From a virus (taxonomy: Duplodnaviria > Heunggongvirae > Uroviricota > Caudoviricetes), in IMG/VR virus record IMGVR_UViG_3300049482_000044, positions 64,001 through 115,231 of that record: a stretch of DNA of 51,231 nt. One strand, 5' to 3'. The translations under genes and the position numbers were made by a program. The notes under the pieces are model-generated. The model did no database searches and had not been told where the DNA came from. It worked only from the letters and a program-made list of their open reading frames with translations. Below, in pieces: positions 6,785-15,553 of this stretch (positions are counted from its first letter, which is position 1; every line of letters begins with the position of its first letter).

Positions 6785-8725
6785 TTGTCCGGACACATCG
6801 AAAACAACTACGAAAATTTCATAGCACTCAGCAGATATGCGAGATGGGTTGAGGATGAGGGGCGACGCGAAACATGGCGCGAGTCTGCTGACCGCTATGT
6901 AGACTTCATGGCTGATTATGCCAAAAAGTCACTAGGCTACGAAATAACTCCCGAGATGAACGGGCAATTGCGCGAGGCTATTTATCATCGAGAAGCAATG
7001 CCGAGTATGCGTGCTCTTATGACAGCAGGCCCAGCCCTGGCGCGCGATCACGTAGCGGGATACAACTGTGCATTCCTTCCGGTTGACTCACCCCGTAGTT
7101 TTGATGAGGCTATGTATATCCTTATGTGCGGGACTGGCGTAGGGTTCTCGGTCGAGTCTAAGCACGTCGACAAGATGCCTGTTATCAACGAGCACTTTGA
7201 GAGGTCATCGACAGTAATTGGTGTAGACGATAGCAAGGGTGGTTGGGCCAAGGCTCTGAGAGAACTACTGGCACTACTTTGGCAGGGACAGGTTCCATCT
7301 ATAGACATCAGCCGTGTTAGGCCATCAGGAGCCCGCCTAAAGACATTTGGAGGCCGCGCGTCTGGGCCTCAGCCGCTGGTTGACCTATTCGACTTCTGTA
7401 TCCGTACATTTAAGGGCGCAGCGGGCCGTAAACTGACTCCGCTAGAGGCTCACGACATTATGTGCAAGGTCGGTGAGGTAGTAGTAGTCGGCGGCGTTCG
7501 TCGCTCTGCTCTTATTTCACTATCTGATCTTAACGATTTCGATATGGTCGGCTCAAAGTCTGGTAACTGGTGGGAGCAGAACGTACAGCGCGCACTAGCC
7601 AATAACTCAGCCGTTTATAACAGTAAGCCAGACCCAGTCCGGTTTCTTACCGAGTGGACCGCTCTTGTAGCATCCGGCTCGGGTGAGCGCGGGATATTCA
7701 ATCTAGATGTCGCCAAGAAAGAGACAATAAGACACGGACGTCGAGATGCAACACAAATCGCAGGAACCAATCCTTGTGGTGAAATCAACTTGCGTGCATA
7801 CGAGTTCTGCAATCTTACAGAGGTTGTTGTTCGTGAAAACGATGACCTGGACTCGTTGAAATACAAGGTCGAGGTCGCTGTATTTCTCGGAACACTACAG
7901 TCAACCATGACCAGTTTCAAGTATCTTCGTAAGATCTGGAAAGATAACTGCGAAGAAGAAAGATTGCTTGGAGTGAGTCTCACCGGACAGTTTGGAAATA
8001 AACTACTAAACGGCACATATGGTCTAGACAAACTCGCACAGGCGCTAGATGAATTGCGTGAATACGCAATAGAAAGCAACAAGAAGTGGTCAGCGGAATT
8101 TGGAATCAACCAGTCTGTTGCTGTCACAACAGTTAAGCCGTCTGGAACAGTAAGTCAGTTGACAGGAGTTTCTTCTGGAATGCACCCCTGGTACAGCGAA
8201 TATTACGTTCGTACTGTGCGCGGGGATAACAAAGACCCGATTACGCGAATGATGACAGACTTTGGTATTCCTAACGAGCCAGATGTAACCAAGCCTGGAT
8301 CAACCACTGTATTCAGTTTCCCAATCGCCGCCCCGAAGGGCGCGATCACGAGAAATCACATCACTGCTATCGAGCACCTCGAAATCTGGAAGGTCTACAA
8401 GCAGCACTGGACTGAGCATAACCCCAGCATCACGATTAACGTCAGGGACGAGGAATGGACTGACGTGGCTGCATGGGTATATAAAAACTGGGATATCGTT
8501 GCAGGAGTAAGTTTCTTGCCTCACTCTGAGCACACGTATAAGCAGGCTCCCTATCAAGAGATAGATCGGGCGGGATATGACGCGCTTGTAGCCAAGATGC
8601 CTAAGTCGGTAGCCTGGGATATATTGTCTGCTTATGAGACAGAGGATATGACAACCGGTTCGCAGCAATTGGCCTGTGTTTCCGGCGAGTGCGAACTTGT
8701 AGATTTGGTTGCTTCTTCTGTATAA
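6785..8725 (+). CDS. nrdJ: Class II (adenosylcobalamin-dependent) ribonucleotide reductase
   Basis: MPSMRALMTAG, YNCAF, GGVRRSALISLS, TNPCGEI, TTVKPSGTVSQL and C-terminal CVSGEC; GGAGG RBS before a TTG start; no intein-sized insertion. Confidence 0.95.
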   Translation: MSGHIENNYENFIALSRYARWVEDEGRRETWRESADRYVDFMADYAKKSLGYEITPEMNGQLREAIYHREAMPSMRALMTAGPALARDHVAGYNCAFLPVDSPRSFDEAMYILMCGTGVGFSVESKHVDKMPVINEHFERSSTVIGVDDSKGGWAKALRELLALLWQGQVPSIDISRVRPSGARLKTFGGRASGPQPLVDLFDFCIRTFKGAAGRKLTPLEAHDIMCKVGEVVVVGGVRRSALISLSDLNDFDMVGSKSGNWWEQNVQRALANNSAVYNSKPDPVRFLTEWTALVASGSGERGIFNLDVAKKETIRHGRRDATQIAGTNPCGEINLRAYEFCNLTEVVVRENDDLDSLKYKVEVAVFLGTLQSTMTSFKYLRKIWKDNCEEERLLGVSLTGQFGNKLLNGTYGLDKLAQALDELREYAIESNKKWSAEFGINQSVAVTTVKPSGTVSQLTGVSSGMHPWYSEYYVRTVRGDNKDPITRMMTDFGIPNEPDVTKPGSTTVFSFPIAAPKGAITRNHITAIEHLEIWKVYKQHWTEHNPSITINVRDEEWTDVAAWVYKNWDIVAGVSFLPHSEHTYKQAPYQEIDRAGYDALVAKMPKSVAWDILSAYETEDMTTGSQQLACVSGECELVDLVASSV

Positions 8726-8755
8726 TCGGGTATAATCTAAATATCGGAGGCGCAA

Positions 8756-8848
8756 ATGAGAGTTTGGGATTTTTCGACCGGGCGGTTTACAGGTATTGAG
8801 ACCGAAGATATCGACTGGATAACTTTTGAGGATGATGACAATGATTGA
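8756..8848 (+). CDS. Acidic micro-protein, 30 aa (not in the ORF track)
   Basis: GGAGG RBS at 8746-8750; MRVWDFSTGRFTGIETEDIDWITFEDDDND*. Confidence 0.6.
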   Translation: MRVWDFSTGRFTGIETEDIDWITFEDDDND

Positions 8849-8972
8849 CAACGAAGATGAGGGCGTAGTTCTCAGCGATGAGGAGTTTGTGTACCTTGAG
8901 TCGCCATATGACGACAATGACGAGGAAGTAGACACGGACGACCAGAACGAATTTGAGGATGAGGGCGTATGA
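8841..8972 (+). CDS. Extremely acidic micro-protein, 43 aa (not in the ORF track)
   Basis: MIDNEDEGVVLSDEEFVYLESPYDDNDEEVDTDDQNEFEDEGV*; GAGGA upstream; ATGA overlap with the endolysin start. Confidence 0.6.
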   Translation: MIDNEDEGVVLSDEEFVYLESPYDDNDEEVDTDDQNEFEDEGV

Positions 8973-9697
8973 GGACTTATGAGCAAGCGCAGGCGTTTGC
9001 GGAAAAGCAGCGTCTATCTAATCGCGCTATCTGGTTCAATCTATGCCAGAAGTTCAGTCGTAGTTGCGTCGGTGCAGGCGGCTGGGCACCATCTGCACGC
9101 AAGGCCTTTAACGCAGTTCCCGCCAAGTGGCGCTCGACATCATTCCCACCTCCCCCAGGTAGTATTGCTTATTACGGTTCGGCAACCCACGGAAACGGCC
9201 ATGCGGTATTTGTTTCGGGCAAGCCCGGATTCGTATATAGCAACGACATCAAGCGCCGAGGTAAGATCGATCTAGTACCATGGAATGTATTCGGTTCAGC
9301 ATGGGGAATGCCTTATCGTGGATATATTACCCACACACCAAACGGCACCCCGCTGCCTATCAAGCCGCACGCTACGCCAGTCAAGCCCAAGCCAGCAAAT
9401 ACGATTATTCCAACGGTGTCCGTCGCACGTTTGATCAAGGCTGCTAAGGCAGACATTCCTGCTGCCACTGGTCACAAGACCTACCCAGCCGAGGTTCTGA
9501 TCGTAGAAAAGGCGCTTAACCGCGCAGGCCTGCTTGCCTCGAAGTTTGTTGATGGTAGTTTTGGAACTACTACTCGTGATGCTTATGGAGACTGGCAGCG
9601 CCACCTAGGGTATTCGGGTGCCGACGCTAACGGCGTCCCCGGCTTAGTATCGCTAACAGCGCTAGGAAAGAAATATGGATTTAGGGTGGCAGCATGA
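8969..9697 (+). CDS. Endolysin: CHAP/NlpC-like peptidase plus C-terminal peptidoglycan-binding domain
   Basis: LCQKFSR...PPPGSIAYY...GHAVFV; Pro-rich linker; C-terminal VDGSFGTTTRDAYGDWQRHLG...ADANGVPG...LTALG. Confidence 0.85.
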   Translation: MRTYEQAQAFAEKQRLSNRAIWFNLCQKFSRSCVGAGGWAPSARKAFNAVPAKWRSTSFPPPPGSIAYYGSATHGNGHAVFVSGKPGFVYSNDIKRRGKIDLVPWNVFGSAWGMPYRGYITHTPNGTPLPIKPHATPVKPKPANTIIPTVSVARLIKAAKADIPAATGHKTYPAEVLIVEKALNRAGLLASKFVDGSFGTTTRDAYGDWQRHLGYSGADANGVPGLVSLTALGKKYGFRVAA

Positions 9698-10434
9698 CAA
9701 CACATAAACTAGACGCGCTAGAACTAGACAAGTTACTCGCACAGGCTGGTTTTCCAGACCCTGACGTAGCACTAGTAATTTCTCCTGCCGGAAACTACTG
9801 CCGTAGATCGGCATGGGCAAAAGCGATGGCTGAGTCTGGCGGCTACTACGATATTATCGGTGGGCCAAACCCAAACGGTACATATGACTATGGACTGTTC
9901 CAGTTCAATGAGATTCATAAGAATGATCCAGATATCGACTGGTCGAGAATTCTAGAGCCTTTGTATAACGCACAGATCTGTGCTCGTTGGTCAAAGCAGG
10001 GCAAGGACTGGTCCTCATGGGGTATTGGAACATCTGGCTGGGCCGGTAATTTGAAGGTCTCCAATCCCGCTGCATGGCAGATGATTCAAGACTCGTACCG
10101 TAAGTGGTACGATCTATATCCATCATATATTGCCGCTGCGAAGGAAGCCCTGCTGCTGACCCCAGTGACGCTGGCGAATCTAAAGCCGGGGCTACGAAAC
10201 CCTGACGTTACTGTTTATCAGACAGCGCTACGTAAGTTCCTTTCTGATCGTAAGATCCTTGGAGCACTTAATCCTTCCGGTGTTACCGGATACTACGGCA
10301 CAGAGACCAAGAATATGACAAAGGCTGTCTATGCTTATCTGGCTAAGACAACTGGCCGCTCTTCATGGCTAAATGGTGACACAACAACTCCCGGCCCTTC
10401 GATGCTAACCAAGATCGGCCTTAGGTCGGTATAA
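9694..10434 (+). CDS. Endolysin 2: lysozyme-like transglycosylase plus peptidoglycan-binding domain
   Basis: AKAMAESGG...NPNGTYDYGLFQFN...ILEPLYNA; C-terminal LKPGLRNPDV..YQTAL...VTGYYGTET. Confidence 0.85.
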   Translation: MTTHKLDALELDKLLAQAGFPDPDVALVISPAGNYCRRSAWAKAMAESGGYYDIIGGPNPNGTYDYGLFQFNEIHKNDPDIDWSRILEPLYNAQICARWSKQGKDWSSWGIGTSGWAGNLKVSNPAAWQMIQDSYRKWYDLYPSYIAAAKEALLLTPVTLANLKPGLRNPDVTVYQTALRKFLSDRKILGALNPSGVTGYYGTETKNMTKAVYAYLAKTTGRSSWLNGDTTTPGPSMLTKIGLRSV

Positions 10435-10437
10435 TCT

Positions 10438-10797
10438 GTGGTTAAAATTGGCTCAGTCGAGCGCGTAGACTTAGTAATCAGAAATAATGCAACGTTTAAG
10501 TTGACGCTGACTCATACCGACCCTGTAACGGGCGCGGTTGTTCCTTTGACCGGTTGGTCTGTTCAAATGCAGTTTAGGGACCAACCAGGAGGCAGATTGC
10601 TGGATACATTCACTTCTGGCACTGGATTTACAATTGATGAGCCAAACGGACGGGTAGATTTTAAGGTCCAGCCCGTAACCATCCAATCATGGACGTTTAA
10701 GTCTGGTTGGTACGACGTTAAAATGACTGAGCCAGGCGGGGACCAAGATGTTTGGCTCGAAGGCAAGTTTGAGGTAGGTATTGGTGTAACGGTATGA
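10438..10797 (+). CDS. Putative virion structural beta-sandwich protein (BppU-N-like)
   Basis: [15 protein letters not shown]...[12 protein letters not shown]...WYDVKMT...LEGKFEV pattern typical of fibre-adjacent beta-sandwich proteins. Confidence 0.65.
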   Translation: MVKIGSVERVDLVIRNNATFKLTLTHTDPVTGAVVPLTGWSVQMQFRDQPGGRLLDTFTSGTGFTIDEPNGRVDFKVQPVTIQSWTFKSGWYDVKMTEPGGDQDVWLEGKFEVGIGVTV

Positions 10798-12038
10798 GCA
10801 GGACGTTAATACGTGTTGGCTCTATCGGTAACCAAGTATTAGTCGGTATTCCTTCATCTAGTAATATTGTTTTTCAAAAAGACACTATTGATGGAAACAA
10901 CGTAACTATAGCAACACCAGGCCCCGCAGGATTGCAGGGGCCTATTGGTCCTTCTGGAGGTCCAGTCGGGCCAGCGGGTCCGCAAGGTCCACAGGGACCG
11001 GCGGGCCAGGATGGAAACACTATTCTTCACGGAATGGGCGCACCCACAACTGGAATTGGTGTAACAGACGACTTCTACCTTGATGTCGTAACAAGCAATC
11101 TTTATGGACCTCGACTTATTTCGAGTTGGGGCACGCCCGTTTCTTTGATCGGACTACAAGGACCAATCGGTCTGACCGGCTCTCAAGGAATTCAAGGAAT
11201 TCAAGGTAATACTGGCGCGCAGGGAATCCAAGGTATCCAGGGCACCGTAGGTGCCACAGGCGCGCAAGGAGCGAAAGGCGACACTGGTGACACTGGAATC
11301 CAGGGACCAACCGGCTTGCAGGGCGCGCAGGGACCAAAGGGTGATACTGGACTTCAAGGTACACAGGGAATTCAGGGTATTCAGGGAGTAAAGGGTGATA
11401 CAGGAAATACGGGCTCGGCTGGACCGCAGGGAGATGTTGGTCCACAGGGTATTCAGGGCGTGCAAGGCGTACCAGGAAATACTGGGTTGCAGGGAATTCA
11501 GGGTCCGACTGGCGCAACAGGCCCGCAGGGAGTTATTGGCTCTACGGGGCCAGCAGGACCAACCGGACCTCAGGGTCTACAGGGAGATGCTGGACCAGTA
11601 GGCGCTACTGGCGCTACTGGACCGCAGGGAATTCAGGGAATTCAAGGGGCAACTGGCTCGACTGGCGCAACTGGCAGCACTGGCGCAACTGGCAGCACTG
11701 GGCCTCAGGGTATTCAGGGTGACCCCGGTGCAACCGGTGCTACTGGATCAACTGGTCCACAGGGTATCCAGGGTATCCAGGGCATTCAAGGAATTCAAGG
11801 ACCACAGGGTGATCCGGGTGTTGTGGAGGAGGAAGTCTTGGATATCGAAATTGACGAAGCATCATCAACAATTACATATGTTGGTCAGGCTGCTCCTGGT
11901 TCTGCAAAGTCGTCCGCTGTATGGCGTATTAAGCGCATCACAACATCGGGAGGGCTGCTAAGCATCGACTGGGCAAATGGCGATGCTACATTCACTAATG
12001 TATGGAACAACCGCGTTGCTTTAACGTATGGCCCATGA
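10794..12038 (+). CDS. Collagen-like (Gly-X-Y) fibre protein
   Basis: More than 200 residues of Gly-X-Y (GIQ/GPQ/GAT); G.P....G...DFYLD....LYGP module; C-terminal YVGQAAPG...WRIKRI domain. Confidence 0.9.
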   Translation: MSRTLIRVGSIGNQVLVGIPSSSNIVFQKDTIDGNNVTIATPGPAGLQGPIGPSGGPVGPAGPQGPQGPAGQDGNTILHGMGAPTTGIGVTDDFYLDVVTSNLYGPRLISSWGTPVSLIGLQGPIGLTGSQGIQGIQGNTGAQGIQGIQGTVGATGAQGAKGDTGDTGIQGPTGLQGAQGPKGDTGLQGTQGIQGIQGVKGDTGNTGSAGPQGDVGPQGIQGVQGVPGNTGLQGIQGPTGATGPQGVIGSTGPAGPTGPQGLQGDAGPVGATGATGPQGIQGIQGATGSTGATGSTGATGSTGPQGIQGDPGATGATGSTGPQGIQGIQGIQGIQGPQGDPGVVEEEVLDIEIDEASSTITYVGQAAPGSAKSSAVWRIKRITTSGGLLSIDWANGDATFTNVWNNRVALTYGP

Positions 12039-12077
12039 TACAATTTTTTAGAAATTTAGTATAAGGAAGGAAGTATA

Positions 12078-12488
12078 GTGAGCAAGTCGAATAGCACAGA
12101 AAATGACGTACTAGACGCAGTATTGCGTGGAGTTGATCCCGCATGGCGTTCTGGTGCTAGCAGGTATGTTGCTTTCCACACAGCAGATCCCGGCGAGGCC
12201 GGAACCGCTATTACAAGCGAAGCAACATATACGAGTTACGCGCGCGTACTGGTGACTGCATCGACTGGATTCACGGCTGCCTCGGGCGGATCTTCGTCTA
12301 ATACAGGCCTTATTCAGTTCCCGCAATGTACTGGTGGAACAAATACTCTGACACATGTATCGATTGTTACAACAGCATCCGGCGCTGGACAGATCCTGTA
12401 TTCAGGACCGCTCGGATCACCACTGGCCGTAGCAAACCTAATTCAGCCACAGTTCAGTATCGGTGCCCTTGTCGTAACGGAGGACTAA
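12078..12488 (+). CDS. Putative virion/fibre structural protein
   Basis: SKSNSTENDVL...YVAFHTADPGEAGT...EATYTSYARV motif typical of phage fibre-associated small proteins. Confidence 0.7.
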   Translation: MSKSNSTENDVLDAVLRGVDPAWRSGASRYVAFHTADPGEAGTAITSEATYTSYARVLVTASTGFTAASGGSSSNTGLIQFPQCTGGTNTLTHVSIVTTASGAGQILYSGPLGSPLAVANLIQPQFSIGALVVTED

Positions 12489-12622
12489 TGCTATATCGTT
12501 GCTCCGAATGCGACCTGGCAGTGATTATCATTGGTGAAAACGTTCTACGTCCATGTGGTCATGTTTCGGCTATTATTGCTGAAGCAACGGCAGAAATGTT
12601 TGGCGTGGGGGCTGTGAAGTGA
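12488..12622 (+). CDS. Small Cys-rich protein, 44 aa
   Basis: MLYRCSECDLAV...RPCGH; TAATG and GTGA overlaps with its neighbours. Confidence 0.65.
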   Translation: MLYRCSECDLAVIIIGENVLRPCGHVSAIIAEATAEMFGVGAVK

Positions 12623-13482
12623 CCGGCGGATTTGCTAATATGGTTGAACTGGTAGACTCCGAACTTAATGGTGCTTCTGCTTATTATTCTTTTAGAAAAA
12701 CACCCACCCAGGTTACAGTATCCGGACAGTGGTTCGATCTTTCCATGTCACCAGGAAATCCAGTTCCCCAATATTACATTGGAACTATTCTTACTTCCAC
12801 CCCTTTCAGTTATACTGCTGACGGGGGTATTCCTCATGGAGGCGCAGTAGCGCCGAAAGAGAAGTTTATTCGACAAACTACGCTCCTAGCAAACTCTGCT
12901 ACTGGTTCTCCGATGACGATATACGGACTTGATTATCTAATCTTTTACCCGTTCATTGACGAATCAACTACCGATCCACAGACTTTAGTTAATTCAGTGG
13001 CGCTTCCTAGATATACTGACGGTAAGGGTGTCCTTGCAATGGCTATTTCTGTTGCTGGTAGAACTGGGGGTCAGTCCTTCTTCTACACCTATACCAATCA
13101 AGATGGTGTTTCTGGGCGAGTAAGTCCCAACATAGTTGAGAACAATGCAACAGCCAATGGTATAATCGTTTCATCTGCAACAGTAACGAATGGCGCTTTC
13201 GGGCCGTTCCTGCCAATGCAGTCAGGTGATACTGGAATTAGAAGTATTGAGTCAGTAACAATGAACGGAGCAGACGTAGGTCTGTTCACAATTGTTCTGG
13301 TCAAGCCTCTGTTTCAGACACAGATTCGTGGAGTAGATGCGCCAGTGGAACGTGACTATTTTCTGCAAGGGGCAGCAATGCCTCAAATTCAAGATAATGC
13401 GTATGTGAACCTCATTTGCCTACCGACCGGATCACTGTCTGGTGTAAGTATTTTCGGGGACTTAAAAACAGTATGGAATTAG
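12619..13482 (+). CDS. Putative virion protein, paralog A
   Basis: 287 aa; shares GGIPHGG, PRYT.G.GV, TYTN..G and GPF.P...GD.GIRS motifs with the next gene. Confidence 0.75.
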   Translation: MTGGFANMVELVDSELNGASAYYSFRKTPTQVTVSGQWFDLSMSPGNPVPQYYIGTILTSTPFSYTADGGIPHGGAVAPKEKFIRQTTLLANSATGSPMTIYGLDYLIFYPFIDESTTDPQTLVNSVALPRYTDGKGVLAMAISVAGRTGGQSFFYTYTNQDGVSGRVSPNIVENNATANGIIVSSATVTNGAFGPFLPMQSGDTGIRSIESVTMNGADVGLFTIVLVKPLFQTQIRGVDAPVERDYFLQGAAMPQIQDNAYVNLICLPTGSLSGVSIFGDLKTVWN

Positions 13483-13491
13483 GAGATTAAA

Positions 13492-14382
13492 ATGGGCTTC
13501 ACATCGATGGATGACCTAGTAAGTGAAACAACAGTTAATGGTAAGTTCTGGAGGGCTGACTGGAATAAGAACGCCCTTCCAACAACAGCACAAGCAGCGG
13601 GATCATGGTATTCGCTATCCGCAGGCGCTGGTAACCCATCAGCCGCGACAAAACTCGGAACTGGTACTAACCTAGCCTTCCAGGCATGGACTGATGCAGA
13701 TGCGGGCGGTATTCCTCACGGCGGTAACGTATCGACTGATACCAAGCATATTCTCAATGCCTCTGCATTCAGTGCGGCAGCAACAACAGCCCCAGCCGTT
13801 CTGATGCTAGTCGACTTGCTGGGTCACTACACCATTACAACGACGACTCTAACCACCGCACAGACACTTGACAACACTGTAACCGTTCCTAGATATACAA
13901 CTGGTGCCGGTGTCCAGGCATTTATCGTTCCGTCAACTGTTTATGGTGCAGGCGCTCCGACAGTTACTTTGACATATACAAACTCAGCGGGAACGGCTTC
14001 GAAAGTTACTCCCTCTGCACCCGCGCTTCCAACAGAACTTACAGCCGCACCAGTTGGTCAGATCACGTATTCTGGTACTGGTGCTGGTAAGTATGGACCA
14101 TTCATTCCGCTAGCGGCGGGTGATGCTGGTATTAGATCCGTACAGTCTATTCAGTTCTCAGCAACTCACACATCCGGTGTGGCAAACCTAGTTCTCTGCC
14201 GCCCACTACTGACACTGCCAATAACAACTGTCGGTGTGGCATCCGAGCGCGACCTTGTTAATCAGTTGCCATCAATGCCTCGCGTATTCGATGGAGCGCA
14301 TCTTTCATGGCTGATATATGCAGGCGCAGCAACTCCCGTTAACTCTGCTTTCTATGGACACCTGGACCTTGGGTGGGGATGA
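13492..14382 (+). CDS. Putative virion protein, paralog B
   Basis: 296 aa; GGAG RBS; paralogous to 12619-13482. Confidence 0.75.
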   Translation: MGFTSMDDLVSETTVNGKFWRADWNKNALPTTAQAAGSWYSLSAGAGNPSAATKLGTGTNLAFQAWTDADAGGIPHGGNVSTDTKHILNASAFSAAATTAPAVLMLVDLLGHYTITTTTLTTAQTLDNTVTVPRYTTGAGVQAFIVPSTVYGAGAPTVTLTYTNSAGTASKVTPSAPALPTELTAAPVGQITYSGTGAGKYGPFIPLAAGDAGIRSVQSIQFSATHTSGVANLVLCRPLLTLPITTVGVASERDLVNQLPSMPRVFDGAHLSWLIYAGAATPVNSAFYGHLDLGWG

Positions 14383-14385
14383 GTT

Positions 14386-15144
14386 TTGGCCCTATTAGGG
14401 AATTACTCGGTATTTAATAAGCAGCCCGGCTCGATGCGCGGCGGCTCCACTATTTGTGACACTAGATCTAACTACAATAAGTCAGGTCATATTCGCGGGA
14501 TTTGGTACGGCTATGCCGGTATGGAAAAGAAAGACGGTATTCCTCGCGGATACCGTCATCCGTACACCTGGGCTATGGCTCCGAAAGACGGCGGTGTAAC
14601 AACCGTTAATATGATCACCGGGTTCGGTGGGCTGGTTGCTAATGGCGCGCTAGGTAGGAATCTAGATGCCGCGCTAGCGGGCTACGGCACTATTGATCCA
14701 TCTAGTTCCGCTCAACTTATCGTATCTGCTGTTGCAGCACTCGCGGGAATTGGTGGATTGTCAGCAGACGTTATCGGCAAACTTGAAACATCAGCAACAC
14801 TCGCGGGTGCGGGCGATATCACAGGAAGCCTTGGTGCATTGGCCTGGGCTGTTAGCAATATTACTGCTTCGAGTAGTATTACTGGAACACCCAAGGGAAT
14901 TGGTAGCGTGTCTGCTAATATCACACCGTTCACAGCGCTCAGCCCTGAATCTCTGGCGGCGGCGGTATGGAATGCCGTCGCCGCTGGATATAATTCTGGC
15001 GGGACGATGGGCGAGAAACTAAATGCTTCTGGCTCTGCCTCTGATCCTTGGACAGCGGACCTTGCTTCGTACAACACGGATGGAACGGCGGGCAAGCGAA
15101 TGAAGGACTTGCTTACCAAGATCCAATTTATAGGACTTAAGTAA
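14386..15144 (+). CDS. Putative virion protein
   Basis: 252 aa, Ala/Gly-rich; C-terminal IAAAVW..GTMG.KL-type motif. Confidence 0.7.
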   Translation: MALLGNYSVFNKQPGSMRGGSTICDTRSNYNKSGHIRGIWYGYAGMEKKDGIPRGYRHPYTWAMAPKDGGVTTVNMITGFGGLVANGALGRNLDAALAGYGTIDPSSSAQLIVSAVAALAGIGGLSADVIGKLETSATLAGAGDITGSLGALAWAVSNITASSSITGTPKGIGSVSANITPFTALSPESLAAAVWNAVAAGYNSGGTMGEKLNASGSASDPWTADLASYNTDGTAGKRMKDLLTKIQFIGLK

Positions 15145-15551
15145 TGCCAGTAGACGAGATTGAATATATCGTAACGGTCAAGCCGCAGTTAAATGAAGTT
15201 AAAATTGGCGTGCCTGGGCCTGCAGGAGTCGCAGGACCGCCTGGCTCTGGAACTGGAAACTCTGAGATAGAAATAGTAGGCAATTCGTGGGTTCCAGACG
15301 GTGGAACCAGTTACGCCGCTGGTAATCAAAAATTCTCAACTTCCGGTATTTTATGGATATGTTCCGCTAGCGGAACGCCTGGTACCTGGTTTAAGATCAG
15401 CGGATTTATGTTATATGTAGAAACACAGTATCTGTATCCTTCTAGTCAAACATATCCTTCTGGGCAGACATTTCCGTTTGCATTATATCAATATTCACCA
15501 TATCCTAGCATTGATGTTTATCCATCAATTAATATGTATCCAGGGAGTTAG
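15144..15551 (+). CDS. Putative fibre-associated protein
   Basis: Short collagen stretch, CSASGTPGTW module and YPS repeats at the C-terminus. Confidence 0.65.
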   Translation: MPVDEIEYIVTVKPQLNEVKIGVPGPAGVAGPPGSGTGNSEIEIVGNSWVPDGGTSYAAGNQKFSTSGILWICSASGTPGTWFKISGFMLYVETQYLYPSSQTYPSGQTFPFALYQYSPYPSIDVYPSINMYPGS

Positions 15552-15553
15552 AG

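Noticed and set aside
6785-8725. Intein or intron in nrdJ or portal
   Set aside because: Lengths and motif spacing are normal; no C/S...HN splice motifs or LAGLIDADG blocks seen.
8300-8986. 228-aa minus-strand ORF
   Set aside because: Antisense to nrdJ and the acidic micro-ORFs; Ser-rich composition is a by-product of the GAN codons on the plus strand.
10430-10440. Leaderless promoter at TATAAT 10430-35
   Set aside because: Only 2 nt from the GTG start and coincident with the upstream TAA stop; probably incidental.
11116-11961. Collagen-region nucleotide repeats as a CRISPR array or VNTR
   Set aside because: Repeats follow the 9-nt Gly-X-Y period within an open frame; there is no repeat-spacer structure.
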